A DNA stretch of 45,105 nt from assembly GCF_001194135.2 (NCBI RefSeq), contig NC_068981.1, positions 184,323,255 through 184,368,359 of the forward strand, written 5' to 3'. The stretch is from Octopus bimaculoides (lineage: Eukaryota). The first letter of the stretch is position 1; the number at the start of each line of letters is the position of its first letter. The notes under the pieces were generated by a model. That model ran no database searches, was not told where the DNA came from, and saw only the letters and a program-made list of their open reading frames with translations. Made by a program: the position numbers and the translations under genes. Shown in pieces: positions 11,081 through 22,564 of this stretch.

Positions 11081-13925
11081 GTAAAAAAGGCTATAATTTC
11101 AAAAAAATAAATAAATTTAAAAAATAAAAATTATTATTATTGCTGTTGTTGTTATTATAATTGTTGTTATTGTCGCCGTCGTTTTAAAAAAGTTAAGAAC
11201 TGTTGTATCACAAAGGGAAGATACTCTGAGAGACTGGTGAGGTCGGCGAAGTTGCGGCTGTCCTAGCTCTGCTTATCAACAGATGATGCCAACTGCCAGA
11301 AAGTCTTCAGAGCAGTAGGACTATCTCGACGTGTCCATTGTCATTAATATCAGGTCAGTTATCAACACATTCACCCGCACTCTTGTTTATCATATTTTAT
11401 CTCTTCTCTTTTTTTTTCTCAATATTACATCATAGGTTAATTGGTGAGTTTTCATCCATAAATTCTATTTTTTTCTTCTCTCACAACTTATCTTTATTGT
11501 TTTTTTTCTGTGATTCTGGGTGGGAAAAATTTCAACTTAATTTGTTATGTAAAACTTATGATTTATATTATTAGGTAAGAAATTATGTATACTCGTTTCA
11601 TTTTGTTTTTGTTGGGTGCCGTGGTACAGCAGTTTTCGGTGAATCCAGTTTGCGACAGAGTTTCATTCTATTCTCCTTTCATTCACTCCGCATTTCTAAT
11701 TACTTTATGGAAAACTTTGTAAATACTAAATTTCTCCTTTCTCTCCGAAAATAAACGAGAAAAGAAAAGAAACCTCAGACTTCATTTGTAAATAGGAAGA
11801 AAACGGGATTAATGTTTCGTAGTACTTCTACAATAAGAACAACACAGAACCGCCCCCCCCAGCAATAATTCTAAGATTTTATGTTTGTGATGGCGTGTAT
11901 GTGATACAGGGATAAATTCTTAGTAAAAAGGGTTCAGTAAGTGTGTACATTTCTCTGTTTCAATGACTTTGAGCGGTGACTTAGCAGAAATTGTGGCTCT
12001 CTCGACAATCGCAGTTTCACTCCATTATATTCCAAGTTTGAATTTGGCCAGAGTTGACATTCCTCCACCCACTAGACATAAAAATAAGCATCGGCAATAT
12101 ACAGAGATCGCTTCAAGAAGACGGAGGAAGAATAGGGTATATCGATCCTTAGAAAGTTGTCCTGGTGCCTTGTCCAAGGAAATCAATCTCACATAAGATG
12201 AAAGCAATTACTTCCAATTCTCAGAAGCTTTTAAGTGGTCGCCTGACCTACTACAAGTAGCGAACCTCCTTCAATTCACATCCTACTGAGTTAAATAAAG
12301 GGCATATTGTATAATGTAATCTTTGACACATAATTATTGATGAAAAAGCAAGGCGAGATGGTTACGGCTTAACATCTTTGATCATCGGTCTGTTTGAGCA
12401 GGGCTAACCTGTGATTAAACATATACATAAGTATTATGTGTGTGTGTGTGTGTGTGTGTGTGCGTGCGAATAGTTAAGTGGGTGTAGTTGAAATTCAGCA
12501 AGAAAGCGTTAACTCGCATCCAAAGATAACTTAAGGTGACCGCAAATCGTAACAATTTTGTTAGGTTTAATTTATACAAGCGAAGAACTTGACTAGAAGA
12601 TAATGATGAACTGGGAAATAATGATTTCTTCGTTGAAGATAAAGGGTTTTATTTCCTTTTTGAAGGAAAAATATTTAACCGTTGTAAGTTTATTACTGGT
12701 ATTTATCGCCTTAAGGGACGGATAGAAAGTAGTCAAGAATGTCATTTGATGCTTTATTGTTTATTTTTATTCGTGATTTAAGATTGTCTACACCTACACA
12801 TTTCTATAATTCCTTTACACATATTTTATGCTGAGAATAAATACACTTGTATGTTACACAATCCTAAAAAAGTTCAGGTATTCTCTCATTGAATTGTTTT
12901 TCTGACGTCCGTCCTTTTTTCTAAATCTCAGCTTATATAATTCTTTGTTTTTTTTTACCCCCTGGGAAATTTTCATTTCGTCATCTCTAGTGTGTGTGTG
13001 TGTGTGTGTGAAGCCAAATATTGTAATAGCAAAACTGAGTGACCGATTGAATAACAACGAACAGCTGATTTTTACACCGGGGTTGTATGTTTGCCATCAA
13101 ATACAACTTCTAAATATAATTAAATTAATCACCTGTTTATTAATTTCAGAAATATTTAAGTAAAGAAATACCGAAATAATAATAATAATGGTTTCAAATT
13201 TTGGCACAGATCCAGCAGTTTTTAAGAGGAGGGGAAGTCGATTACATCAACTCAAGGGTTGTATTGTGGTTAAATACAAAAGTAGTTATTGTTTGAGCAA
13301 ACCTATGGCGTTAAAGTAGTCGGTCGGGATGGCATTATCCAGTATTTATATTTGTCCTCTTTTAAGACTTTTAGATATACTTTCGGTGGGGAGACTTGGC
13401 TGGTGATTAATTCTGTCAGAATCTACCGCATTCTTACACAAAGGCGGTTTCCTTGTATTCTATTTCATCAGCTCGGATGATATAAATCTTTAATTTCTTC
13501 CGAGAAAAGTCTTGCCATTCTCAAAATCATTACCGTCGGTGTGATCACAGTCCAATAAATTATGTCTACTTCATGTTTATGCCTAAATATTGTTATAAAA
13601 ATAATGTTTGATTCCTTACTTATGTATAAAACCTGAAATTCTCTTCTAAGTATCGACACAAGCGGTGTTATTGTTACAATAACAATATTAACTCTTCAAA
13701 TACAGTGTTAAATAATGTAAATAACTAGTTTATATTTTATTTGACTGGGCTGGTTCCTTTCTTTAACTGGTCACTATTTGAAGCCGTTTTCTTAATTTTA
13801 TTCAATAGATAATTCTTCAGAAAATCTACTAGATCTTTTTTTTTTCTGGCTTCTTTCGTGACCTTCACAGTTCCTTTACATCTTTGGTGGTGGAAGGTTT
13901 TCTATTAACAGCGAAGTAGCGCTCG

Positions 13926-13968
<43 letters not shown>

Positions 13969-14301
13969 CATTTGAATATCAAATTTTATTTTAGATTAAA
14001 AGTTATTGTCCGATCTACTGTGTCTTGTATTTTGTACTATGCACAATAGTATTTATATGGTCGAATTTTGTTTACTTCTCTTGTCTGTACGGTAAATTCA
14101 TATATCTATCTGTTTTGGTGTTGGTCTCTGTAGCTCTGTATGTCTCCTTGTATCTGTGTGTATATGGGATCTATTAATATCTCATATCTGTCCTTAAGAG
14201 ACTTACAGAAATTGTATGTGTATGTGTTAGTCTCAAGAGGAGACACAGTGTCTATGGAATCGTTGTTTTGGGCCTCATTCGTAAAGCTGTAACTAATAGC
14301 T

Positions 14302-14330
14302 ATTTTCAAGTTTCATGAAAACTTGAAAAT
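14302..14330. other. 12-bp-arm AT-rich hairpin ATTTTCAAGTTT-catga-AAACTTGAAAAT
   Basis: Direct base pairing check. Confidence 0.8.
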
Positions 14331-14604
14331 CGTCGTCCTTAGGTGTCAACAGTCTCTTCTTGGTTTTCGCTGTATTTGACGAAGTTCATGTTAGTCTTAT
14401 TTGTTGATGCTAATTGTCCTATCTCTTACTCTATCGAACTCTATTTTTCACCCGAATTATTCCGTGTAAGACTCCAAGGGGATTTTCCTTGTTAAGTACC
14501 ACCAACATAACTAGAGTGTGTACCGCCCGGGGCAGTCCTTCCGTTTGACGCCTCCGGACCCCACAAAAAATACACATTACCTACAGCAGACCCAAAAGTG
14601 CCGC

Positions 14605-15114
14605 CCCATTAAAGTTTCGGACCCCAGTTATGAACTCATTTGCATACAACTAATCAGAGCTAAACTATCAAACTAATTTATAAGCGCATAAGTGATGGGC
14701 GATACGATAAGGTCACTTGGGTAAGGAATAACCGTGCTTCTTTTCTCTTTTAAGAATGCTTGTTGTTCTTGCTTCGACCACGGCTGCCTTTGCGTAGTTG
14801 TATTGTTGTTTACTTTGTAAAAGTAAGGGGAGAGGGTTGCTAGCACATCACCTTCTACCCACATTTTCCCCATCTATATCTTTATGATATGGGGCCCTAA
14901 CAAAAATCCGATAATAAGTATACATGCAAATTTATCTAATTACTTGTCTCCTAAAACCAGGCATAACTTGGCGATCGGTCGATTTACAACACTGTTCTTC
15001 GTATTGAGAGTTTACTTGGTAGAGTGTGTTTGTAAACGTCACAACAGGGCCAAGGTGAGCTCTGATTGGCTGTATGCAAATGAGTTCATTACTGGGGTCC
15101 GGAACTCTCGTGGG
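14605..15114. repeat. 57-bp inverted repeat (14605-14661 and 15058-15114) containing octamer and CCAAT motifs
   Basis: Manual alignment gives 50/57 identity. ATTTGCAT at 14638-14645, ATGCAAAT at 15074-15081, and a third ATGCAAAT at 14924-14931. No TSD found. Confidence 0.85.
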
Positions 15115-15394
15115 AAAAAAAATTTCACTGCAGTGCCCCAGCATGGCCACGGTCTAATGACTGAAACAAAACTGCGAAAAGATAGAATCTTAACAAACCA
15201 TACCCTGAAGACCTCAGGATGTTGTGTTGAATGATTGAGGACTGGACAGTTTTGCGAGACATAACAACGTTGATTTGAAATTCTGTTGTTTTCCATGTTA
15301 ACTGCTTCTTTCAAAAGTGCATTTATATATGTTAATGGGGTGGAAGTGGGGTATAAAAACGTGTGGAAAGTGTGAATATATTCTGATTATATGA

Positions 15395-15990
15395 TGAGCA
15401 TCTTTCAGCTTCTGCCTACCAAATCTACTCACAAGGCTTTGATCAGCCTGGGACTACAAGGAGAAAACATTTGCCCAGGGTGCAGTGCAGTGGAACTGAA
15501 CATAGAACCATGTGGTTAGGAAGCATGCTTCTTACCACACAGCCACAGAATCTTTGCTTTCTGAATACATGAATTCGATATTCTCTGTAAAGCAGTACAC
15601 TCTGTAAAATGGCTGGTGTTAGGAAAGGCATCCAGCCATAGAAACCTTGCCAAAACTGACAAATGGAGCCTGGGCAGATCTCTGGATTGCCAACTCCTGT
15701 CATCCTGTCCAACCCATGCCAGCATGGAAAACAGATGTTAAACAAGAATGATGATTCTGTTGACACATCAATCTATATTTATAAATATCAGTGTTTGTCT
15801 GTCTTTACTGAAGCAGCTCCGCAATTTGACAACCAATGTTGGTGTGTTTATGTCCCCTGTTACTTAGCAGCTCTGCAAAAGACACCAATAGAATAAGTAC
15901 TGGGGTCAATTTGTTCAACTGAAGTTCTTCAGGGCAGTGCCCCAGCATGACCACAGTCTGATGACTGACACAAAAAGATAAAAGAATACA
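15395..15990. mobile_element. Cluster of SINE fragments: family A head (-) 15395-15545, family D-like tail (+) 15600-15755, family A tail (+) 15826-15990
   Basis: Recognisable family motifs, degenerate. Confidence 0.7.
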
Positions 15991-16328
15991 AGTCTACATA
16001 CATCCCTAGAATATTGTATGAAGAAAAAAGTTAAGGGGTTAAAGGTTCCTTTTGAGCAATATCTATACACTTCATCATTTGCATGCTCAGCTGGAGACAC
16101 ACAGCCATGTATGAATTTGATGATCTGTCACTATGGTAACAACAACAATGACTGTTGATAGATGTCATTGTACCTGAATGTCTTTAAGTTTCTATGTTGT
16201 CTGTACATGCATCATTACATACGATTTTCTTCCTAACACTTTCTCAGTGGAGCATCAAATTAATACACTTTATTCGTTGTTCCCTCACTTGTCTCTATCT
16301 TCTGTTTTATATTTTTTGTACACTTTTG

Positions 16329-16884
16329 GGATCTATTTTAAAACGGGGGCCACATTTTTCATTAATGTTTTACGTAGTGTTTTTGGTACCGAAAGACTTT
16401 CAAATTTCGTATACTTATCTATTTTGTGTTATAGAACAGAAAAATATTTTTGTATTCGAATTTATTTCATGTAAAAAATTGTCTTATTTCGATAATTTCA
16501 ACCAATCACTGACAAGTATTCAGTTGTTTACATTTACTCCTTTGGCTGATTAAGTGATGTAAAGCGTATTTAATCTCCATACCTTCGTTTTATTTGCTTT
16601 TTTCATTTTAAATTTGCTTTAACCCTAACCCTAGGGTTAGGGTTAATTGTTTCAGAATTGTTTGTTTATGTAGTCAGCACTTAATGTATATCGGCTGAAT
16701 GGACGTCAGTGATTGGTTGAAATTACAGAAATACGACAAATTTAACATGGAATAACTTAGGGATTTCTTTTTTTTTTAAGAAGACTAAGAGAAAAAGATG
16801 TTTTATACGACACATTCTACCAGTGTTCCAAGTTTCAAAGTGTTTCGTTAATGAAAAATGTGGCCCCCGTTTTAAAAAAGATCC
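16329..16884. mobile_element. Merlin-like MITE A, copy 2 (556 bp)
   Basis: 8-bp TSD CACTTTTG (16321-16328 and 16885-16892); 37-bp TIR with 1 mismatch; perfect 28-bp palindrome TTAACCCTAACCCTAGGGTTAGGGTTAA at 16619-16646; nearly identical to 10233-10795. Confidence 0.9.
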
Positions 16885-16893
16885 CACTTTTGA

Positions 16894-16924
<31 letters not shown>

Positions 16925-16929
16925 GTGTG

Positions 16930-17175
16930 TGTATTTGTACTTCTTCATCTTGACATTGTGTGATTGTTGTAAACAAGTGCAACCATTTCTAAAGCAGTGT
17001 TCTTCATTTCCAATCTTCCACGAAAACATAATCCGATCATTGGAGATATTACCTTTGCTTGGAAATGGGTGAGGGTTAACAACAGCAAAGGCATCCACCT
17101 ATAGAACATCTGTCTCAACAAATTCTATTTGAATCACGCAAACATGGAAAAGTGGACACTAAACTGATAAAGAAG
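16930..17175 (+). mobile_element. RTE-type SINE tail, family E (TTTCCAATCTTCC...AAAGGCATCC...CATGGAAAAGTGGAC)
   Basis: Homologous to 41360-41566 and 31330-31490. Confidence 0.65.
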
Positions 17176-17744
17176 ATAATAACATGCTATGAGATAATTA
17201 GCTCAAAAGAGGAAAATACACTTATCATTTTTCTTTTTCTCGTTTACCCCACTGGGTCTTAATTTCAGTAAAAGTACTTCACAACCAGCTGTCAGCAAAC
17301 GATTTAAAGTATAAATCGGAAACCGCTCAATGTTCTCAGTTTGTGTTATGCCACATACAGATGTGTTTGATGGCAGGAGATCAGTGAAGCTTGCAAAGAG
17401 ATGGAGTTTGTGACCTCATTCAATTACTTTTATATTATTTATGCATTACACCAAGTACCTTTCATTTTGCATCTCCATTCTTGTTTTTATCTTGATGTCT
17501 TTCTTTATTGATTGCTGTACAACAGCTTAAAACTGTTCATAGAGTACACTTTGATATCATCATCACCAATACTGCTTTTATGTCTGCTTTCCATGCATGT
17601 ATAGCTTGCAGGAATCATTGCTGTGCTACTTGTTGAATTGCTGGGCCAAATCTTGGTCATAAATTTCAATTTTGGTTTGGTTTTCTGTAACTGGATGCCC
17701 TTTTTACTTTCCTGGTTTCAGCTGGGGCACTGAATTCAAGGGTT

Positions 17745-18030
17745 TTAATCTGATCCTGGTACTTATTTTTTAAAGTCTGCTATTTATTCTATCAGCCTCT
17801 TTTGCTAAACTGGTAAGTTACAGGGATGTAAACAAACCAACACAGGTTGTCAGACAATGATGGACACACACACACACACACACAAACACAATAGACTTCT
17901 TCTAGTTTCCTTTTACTAATCCACTCACAAGCTCAGTCTTTAGTAGGGGACACTTTCCCCAGGTGCCATGCAGTGGGACTGAACCTTGGAATCGTGTTGG
18001 GAAGCAAGCTTTTTACCATACATCTACACT
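17745..18030 (-). mobile_element. SINE family A, degenerate, (CA)n hinge
   Basis: Family motifs visible. Confidence 0.75.
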
Positions 18031-18404
18031 TGCCTAATGCCAACCAATTTACAGTCTGTACCTTGTGCATTTTCTTGTGGCATCGGCACTAAGGAAATTA
18101 TCATGTCTTTGATAAGACTAAAGGTATCTCTTGATTTCACACTTAACGGTGCACACTGGGTGTTTCTCAGTACTAGGGCGGAGAAGGGTGCAAGTGTGAT
18201 AGCAAGAGGTTGATAGATACTGAGGGTGAATGATGGATGTTGCTACCAAACTTCTTAACCATACAGCCAGGCTCATGATTAATCCACATTTCTCCATAAG
18301 GAGCATAGGGCCAGCTTTCTGGTTTCTTTGGCATGTATATTCCTCCCTGGATAGGAATTTGTCATAAGGCTGCTCTTTTAGGAGGACACAAGAACCATTT
18401 AAAG

Positions 18405-18570
18405 AAAGCATTTTTGCACATTTGTCTAGGTATTAGGTTTAGTTCCATTAGGTGGTACCATGGGCAAGTGTCTTCTCCTGTAGCTCCAGGTCAACCAAAG
18501 CCTTGTGAGTGGATTTGGTAGACAGAAGCTGAAAGAAGCTCATCATATATATATGTGTATGTATACATAC
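18405..18570 (+). mobile_element. SINE family A head
   Basis: GGTACCATGGGCAAGTGTCTTCT...GTGAGTGGATTTGGTAGAC. Confidence 0.75.
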
Positions 18571-18576
18571 AAGTAA

Positions 18577-18854
18577 AGGCACATGGCTTTGTGGTTAGAG
18601 TGTTTGGCTCACAATCGTAAGGTCAGGAGTTCAATTCCTGGTGATGCGTTGTGTCCTTGAGTAAGACACTTTATTTCCTGTTACTCCAGTCCACTCACCT
18701 GGCAAAAATGAGTAGTACTTGTATTTCAAACGGCCAGCCATGTCACATTCTGTGTCACACTGAATCTCCCTGAGAACTACGTTAAGGGTACACGTGTCTG
18801 TGGAATGCTCAGCCACTTGCACATTAATTTCATGAACAAGCTGTTCCGTTGATC
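18577..18854 (+). mobile_element. SINE family B, full length
   Basis: A box TGGCTTTGTGG, B box GGAGTTCAATTCC, core TCCTTGAGTAAGACACTT...CTCCAGTCCACTCACCTG...AAAATGAGTAG. Confidence 0.85.
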
Positions 18855-19035
18855 GTTTTCAGTCATTTGACTGTGGCCATGCTGGAGCACCACCTTTAGT
18901 CGAGCAAATCGACCCCAGGACTTATTCTTTGTAAGCCTAGTACTTATCCTATCGGTCTCTTTTGCCGAACCGCTAAGTGACAAGGACATAAACACACCAG
19001 CATCGGTTGTCAAGCAATGCTAGGGGGACAAACAC

Positions 19036-19074
<39 letters not shown>

Positions 19075-19240
19075 TTATACGATGAGCTTCTTTCAGTTTC
19101 CATCTACCAAATCCACTCACAAGGCTTTGTTCGGCCTGAGGCTATAGTAGAAGACACTTGCCCAAGATGCCACGCAGTGGGACTGAACCCGGAACCACGT
19201 GGCTGGTAAGCAAGCTACTTACCACACAGCCACTCCTGCA
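18855..19240 (-). mobile_element. SINE family A, full length, low divergence
   Basis: Clean reverse complement of the 20219-type copy. Confidence 0.92.
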
Positions 19241-19387
19241 TTGTCATAATCGACAGAATGCCAGTATACATATGTGAGTATGTTACTGTCTCCCTGACTT
19301 GACTGACATTGCATGATGGCTGTAAGCAAACATCCCCATCATGCAAATAGTGTCCTTTATTTCTAGTCTTCCCAGACATGTCTGGCT

Positions 19388-19641
19388 CATTATCATCATC
19401 ATCATTTAACGTCCGCTTTCCATGCTAGCATGGGTTGGATGATTTGACTGGGGACTGGTGAACCCGATGGCTACACCAGGCTCCAATCTGATTTGGCAGA
19501 GTTTCTACAGCTGGATGCCCTTCCTAACGCCAACCACTCCGAGAGTGTAGTGGGTGGTTTTCACGTGCCACCGTCACGAGGGCCAGCCTGGCAGTACTGG
19601 CAACGGCCATGCTCAAATGGTGTTTTTTACGTGCCACCTGC
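19388..19641 (-). mobile_element. Family D RTE-tailed retroposon
   Basis: (CAT)n then TTAACGTCCGCTTTCCATGCTAGCATGGG. Confidence 0.88.
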
Positions 19642-20218
19642 CTGGAAACAGGTGAGAGTTGGCAACAAGAAGGGCTCCCAGCTGCAGAAATTCCATCCTA
19701 TCCTTGCGGGCATAGAAAAGAGCACATTAAGATGATGATGATGATCTAACTACATTATCATAAACATTNNNNNNNNNNNNNNNNNNNNNNNNNNNNNNNN
19801 NNNNNNNNNNNNNNNNNNNNNNNNNNNNNNNNNNNNNNNNNNNNNNNNNNNNNNNNNNNNNNNNNNNNNNNNNNNNNNNNNNNNNNNNNNNNNNNNNNNN
19901 NNNNNNNNNNNNNNNNNNNNNNNNNNNNNNNNNNNNNNNNNNNNNNNNNNNNNNNNNNNNNNNNNNNNNNNNNNNNNNNNNNNNNNNNNNNNNNNNNNNN
20001 NNNNNNNNNNNNNNNNNNNNNNNNNNNNNNNNNCATGTTTTATCAACCATGGTGAAATTTATAATCAAATTGATTACTGTAGTTCAATTAACCTGGTTTT
20101 CTGTTATTTCATTCGTGTCTAATATCCTAATTAACACATTGATTAAACATGTAACAAGAGAACTTTACAGGGTCATATAAACTGTTAGGAATAGCAGTCA
20201 AATCTCTCACAGATTATA

Positions 20219-20576
20219 GGCGCAGGAGTGGCTGTGTGGTAAGTAGCTTGCTTACGAACCACATGGTTCCGGGTTTAGTCCCACTGCATGGCACCTTGGG
20301 CAAGTGTCTTGTACTATAGCCTCGGGCCGACCAAAGTCTTGTAAGTGGATTTGGTAGACGGAAACTGAAAGAAGCCTGTCGTATATATGTATATAGATAT
20401 ATGTGTGTGTCTATGTTTGTATGTCCGTGTTTGTCCCCCCAATATTGCTTGACAACCGATGCTGGTGTGTTTACGTCCCTGTAACTTAGCGGTTCAGCAA
20501 AAAAGACTGATGGAATAAGTACTAGGCTTACAAAGAATAAGTCCTGAGGTCGATTTACTCGACTAAAGGCGGTGCT
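20219..20576 (+). mobile_element. SINE family A, truncated at its 3' end
   Basis: GGCGCAGGAGTGGCTGTGTGGTAAG head (A box) and GGTTTAGTCCC (B-box-like); stops at GGCGGTGCT. Confidence 0.92.
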
Positions 20577-21025
20577 TCATCAGTATCAGACTTGTCACTT
20601 TCAACAAGTTTTAACAAATTTTCATGAAAAACTGGCAAATCATCTGAATGTGGCACTGGTTGAATAGCAAAAGGAAGACTGGGATACTTGATAGAACTGC
20701 ATTTCTTTTGGTTCAGTCCTGCAATACTGACTGAGCAGAAATAACATTCATCAGAGTAGTTCTTTGGCTCACGCCAGATCATAGGGATAGTGAATCTCAG
20801 CGATTTTCGGGTACCAGTATACTGTCTCATGTGTTCCAAACATGTCTTGCAAACAATGTGAGGAGCCCATGATTTGTCCTGATCACCAAGCTCAACATGA
20901 AAGTAAGCACAATAGGCTTCCTTGTAAAAGTCAGATATTGGTTTCCTGTTGGCTTTCGGTATGAACTCACCGCATGTATAGCAAAATAAGTTGGGATCAT
21001 TTTTGCATCCTCTCATTGAAGCCAT
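20577..21025 (-). pseudogene. Truncated Chapaev3-type transposase N-terminus (Cys-rich)
   Basis: MASMRGCKNDPNLFCYTCGEF...LGDQDKSWAPHIVCKTC...PMIWREPKNYSDECYFC...PVPHSDDLPVF matches motifs I recall from Chapaev3 transposases. No catalytic domain; the last codons of the ORF come from the adjacent SINE. Confidence 0.82.
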
Positions 21026-21882
21026 GTCATTTGATATCTATCTCTATGATTAAAAAAGAACATGGGTTGGTTGAACATTTTACATTACACTTTGCATGTT
21101 CACATCTAGGAAATTTGATCTTTCCTAATGTCCTACAGAAANNNNNNNNNNCTTTGCGTGTTCACATCTAGGAAATTTGATCTTTCCTAATGTCCTACAG
21201 AAAGACTTGTAAAACTGTCAATAACAAAAGACGGAAAGAGTCGTTACACTGATTCCACTTCGTATCTTCATAATCCCACGTGGAGGGCAGATGTTATGGT
21301 GAAACCATTTTCATGATGTTCATGTACAACTGAATAGGCTCATTCAATTGGGGTATCTTTAGTTTTTTTCCAACTGTGAAAACAAAAGTTCTTTATGTGC
21401 TTGGTTTCCTTCCATATTGAAGGGATAAAAGTGATGGGATAAATTTATGAATATCAAACAGAAGATTTTAGGGTTTCATTTTTTTTTATGTCACCTTAAT
21501 TATCAGGTTTACTAAAGTGTATTACTGATAAAGTTTATTAGTTAATTTGAATTTTGGCAATAAATTGGAAAAATTCAGTACTTCTATTTTAAAAGTTTTG
21601 ACTCAAAAACACTTTTTTTCTGATAAAAATAGTTTATTTTATAGGTGGTGGACATAAATTGCTCGGCCTACCTGAAAATTCATGGGTTTCAGCTACCTTT
21701 TTTAACTAAATTTTGCAGTCAGCCAAGATCGTAAATGATCTTTTTTCCAAAAATGAGCAATTTCAGTACAGCAAAAATGGTAGTTAACCATGAAAAACTA
21801 AGGTCATTTTTGGAATCAGCACTATCAAATTAGCTTAAAAACGTGTTTTGTTTCTTGGCACCAAAAATCGTGTTGACCAGTG
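20577..21882 (-). mobile_element. Chapaev3-like (CMC superfamily) DNA transposon, 5' portion
   Basis: Minus-strand terminus TTA|CACTGGTCAACACG at 21882 (CAC terminus, TWA-type flank) upstream of a transposase N-terminus. Confidence 0.8.
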
Positions 21883-22181
21883 TAATAATGGGAGTCAATT
21901 GTTGTTTGTTCATGAAAGTTACAATACAATGTCATATTTGTGACATTCTAAAATGAAAATGGGATAGACAGATGATTGGAAATGCAGAGCTCTTCCCTGG
22001 TGAAAAATGTACAACCCAGCCTAGGTTAGTGACTTTAAATTTAGAGCTTGATGGACTCAGAGACACAAACCAGTATGACAAAGGAAGATATGGAAGCTTA
22101 AAGATCCATTGGACAATTAGAACTTAGAGGAGTACTGGGTGAATCATTTGATAAGAGGAAGAGATAAAGAAGATTAACATA

Positions 22182-22564
22182 GGTGCAGGAGTGGCTGTGG
22201 TAAGAAGCTTGCTTTCCAACCATATGGTTCCAGGTTCAGTCTCACTGCATGACATCTTGGACAAGTGTCTTCTTCTATAGCCTCAGGCCAACCAAAGCTT
22301 TCTGAGTGGATTTGGTAGATGGAAACTGAAAGAAGCCCATCATATGTATGTATTTGTATGTCTGTGTTTGTCCCCCCACAAACACTTGACAACCGATGCT
22401 GGTGTGTTTACGTCCCTGTAACTTAGTGGTTCAGTAATAGAGACTGATAGAATAAATACTAGGCTTCCAAAGAGTAAGTCCTGGGGTCGATTTGTTTGAC
22501 TAAAGGCGGTGCTCCAGCATGACTGCAGTCAAATGACTGAAACAAGTGAAAGAATAAAAGAATA
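22182..22564 (+). mobile_element. SINE family A, full length
   Basis: Head through CAGTCAAATGACTGAAACAAGTGAAAGAATAAAAGAAT. Confidence 0.9.

Larger units (their letters stand above)
11170..15120. promoter_or_regulatory. SINE-poor, CpG-retaining region; candidate promoter or 5'-exon zone of an unidentified gene
   Basis: Almost no SINE copies over about 4 kb versus roughly one per kb elsewhere. CpG clusters at 11170-11340 and 14520-14720. Donor-like sites: minus-strand GTAAGT at 14206; plus-strand GTGAGG near 11238 and GTAAGA near 11574. Confidence 0.35.

Noticed and set aside
11305-11355. Minus-strand peptide NGHVEIVLLL resembling an ankyrin repeat
   Set aside because: Only about 16 codons between stops and no splice signals in frame.
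11963-12207. Overlapping 77-aa (+) and 60-aa (-) ORFs in unique sequence
   Set aside because: No recognisable domain, all other frames closed and no convincing splice pair; length is compatible with chance.
17361-17414. Possible terminal exon DVFDGRRSVKLAKRWSL* after CATACAG
   Set aside because: Very short, weak polypyrimidine tract and no recognisable homology.
21090-21203. 52-bp direct duplication flanking a 10-N gap
   Set aside because: Copies differ by one base and abut a placeholder gap; most likely an unmerged contig or haplotype overlap.
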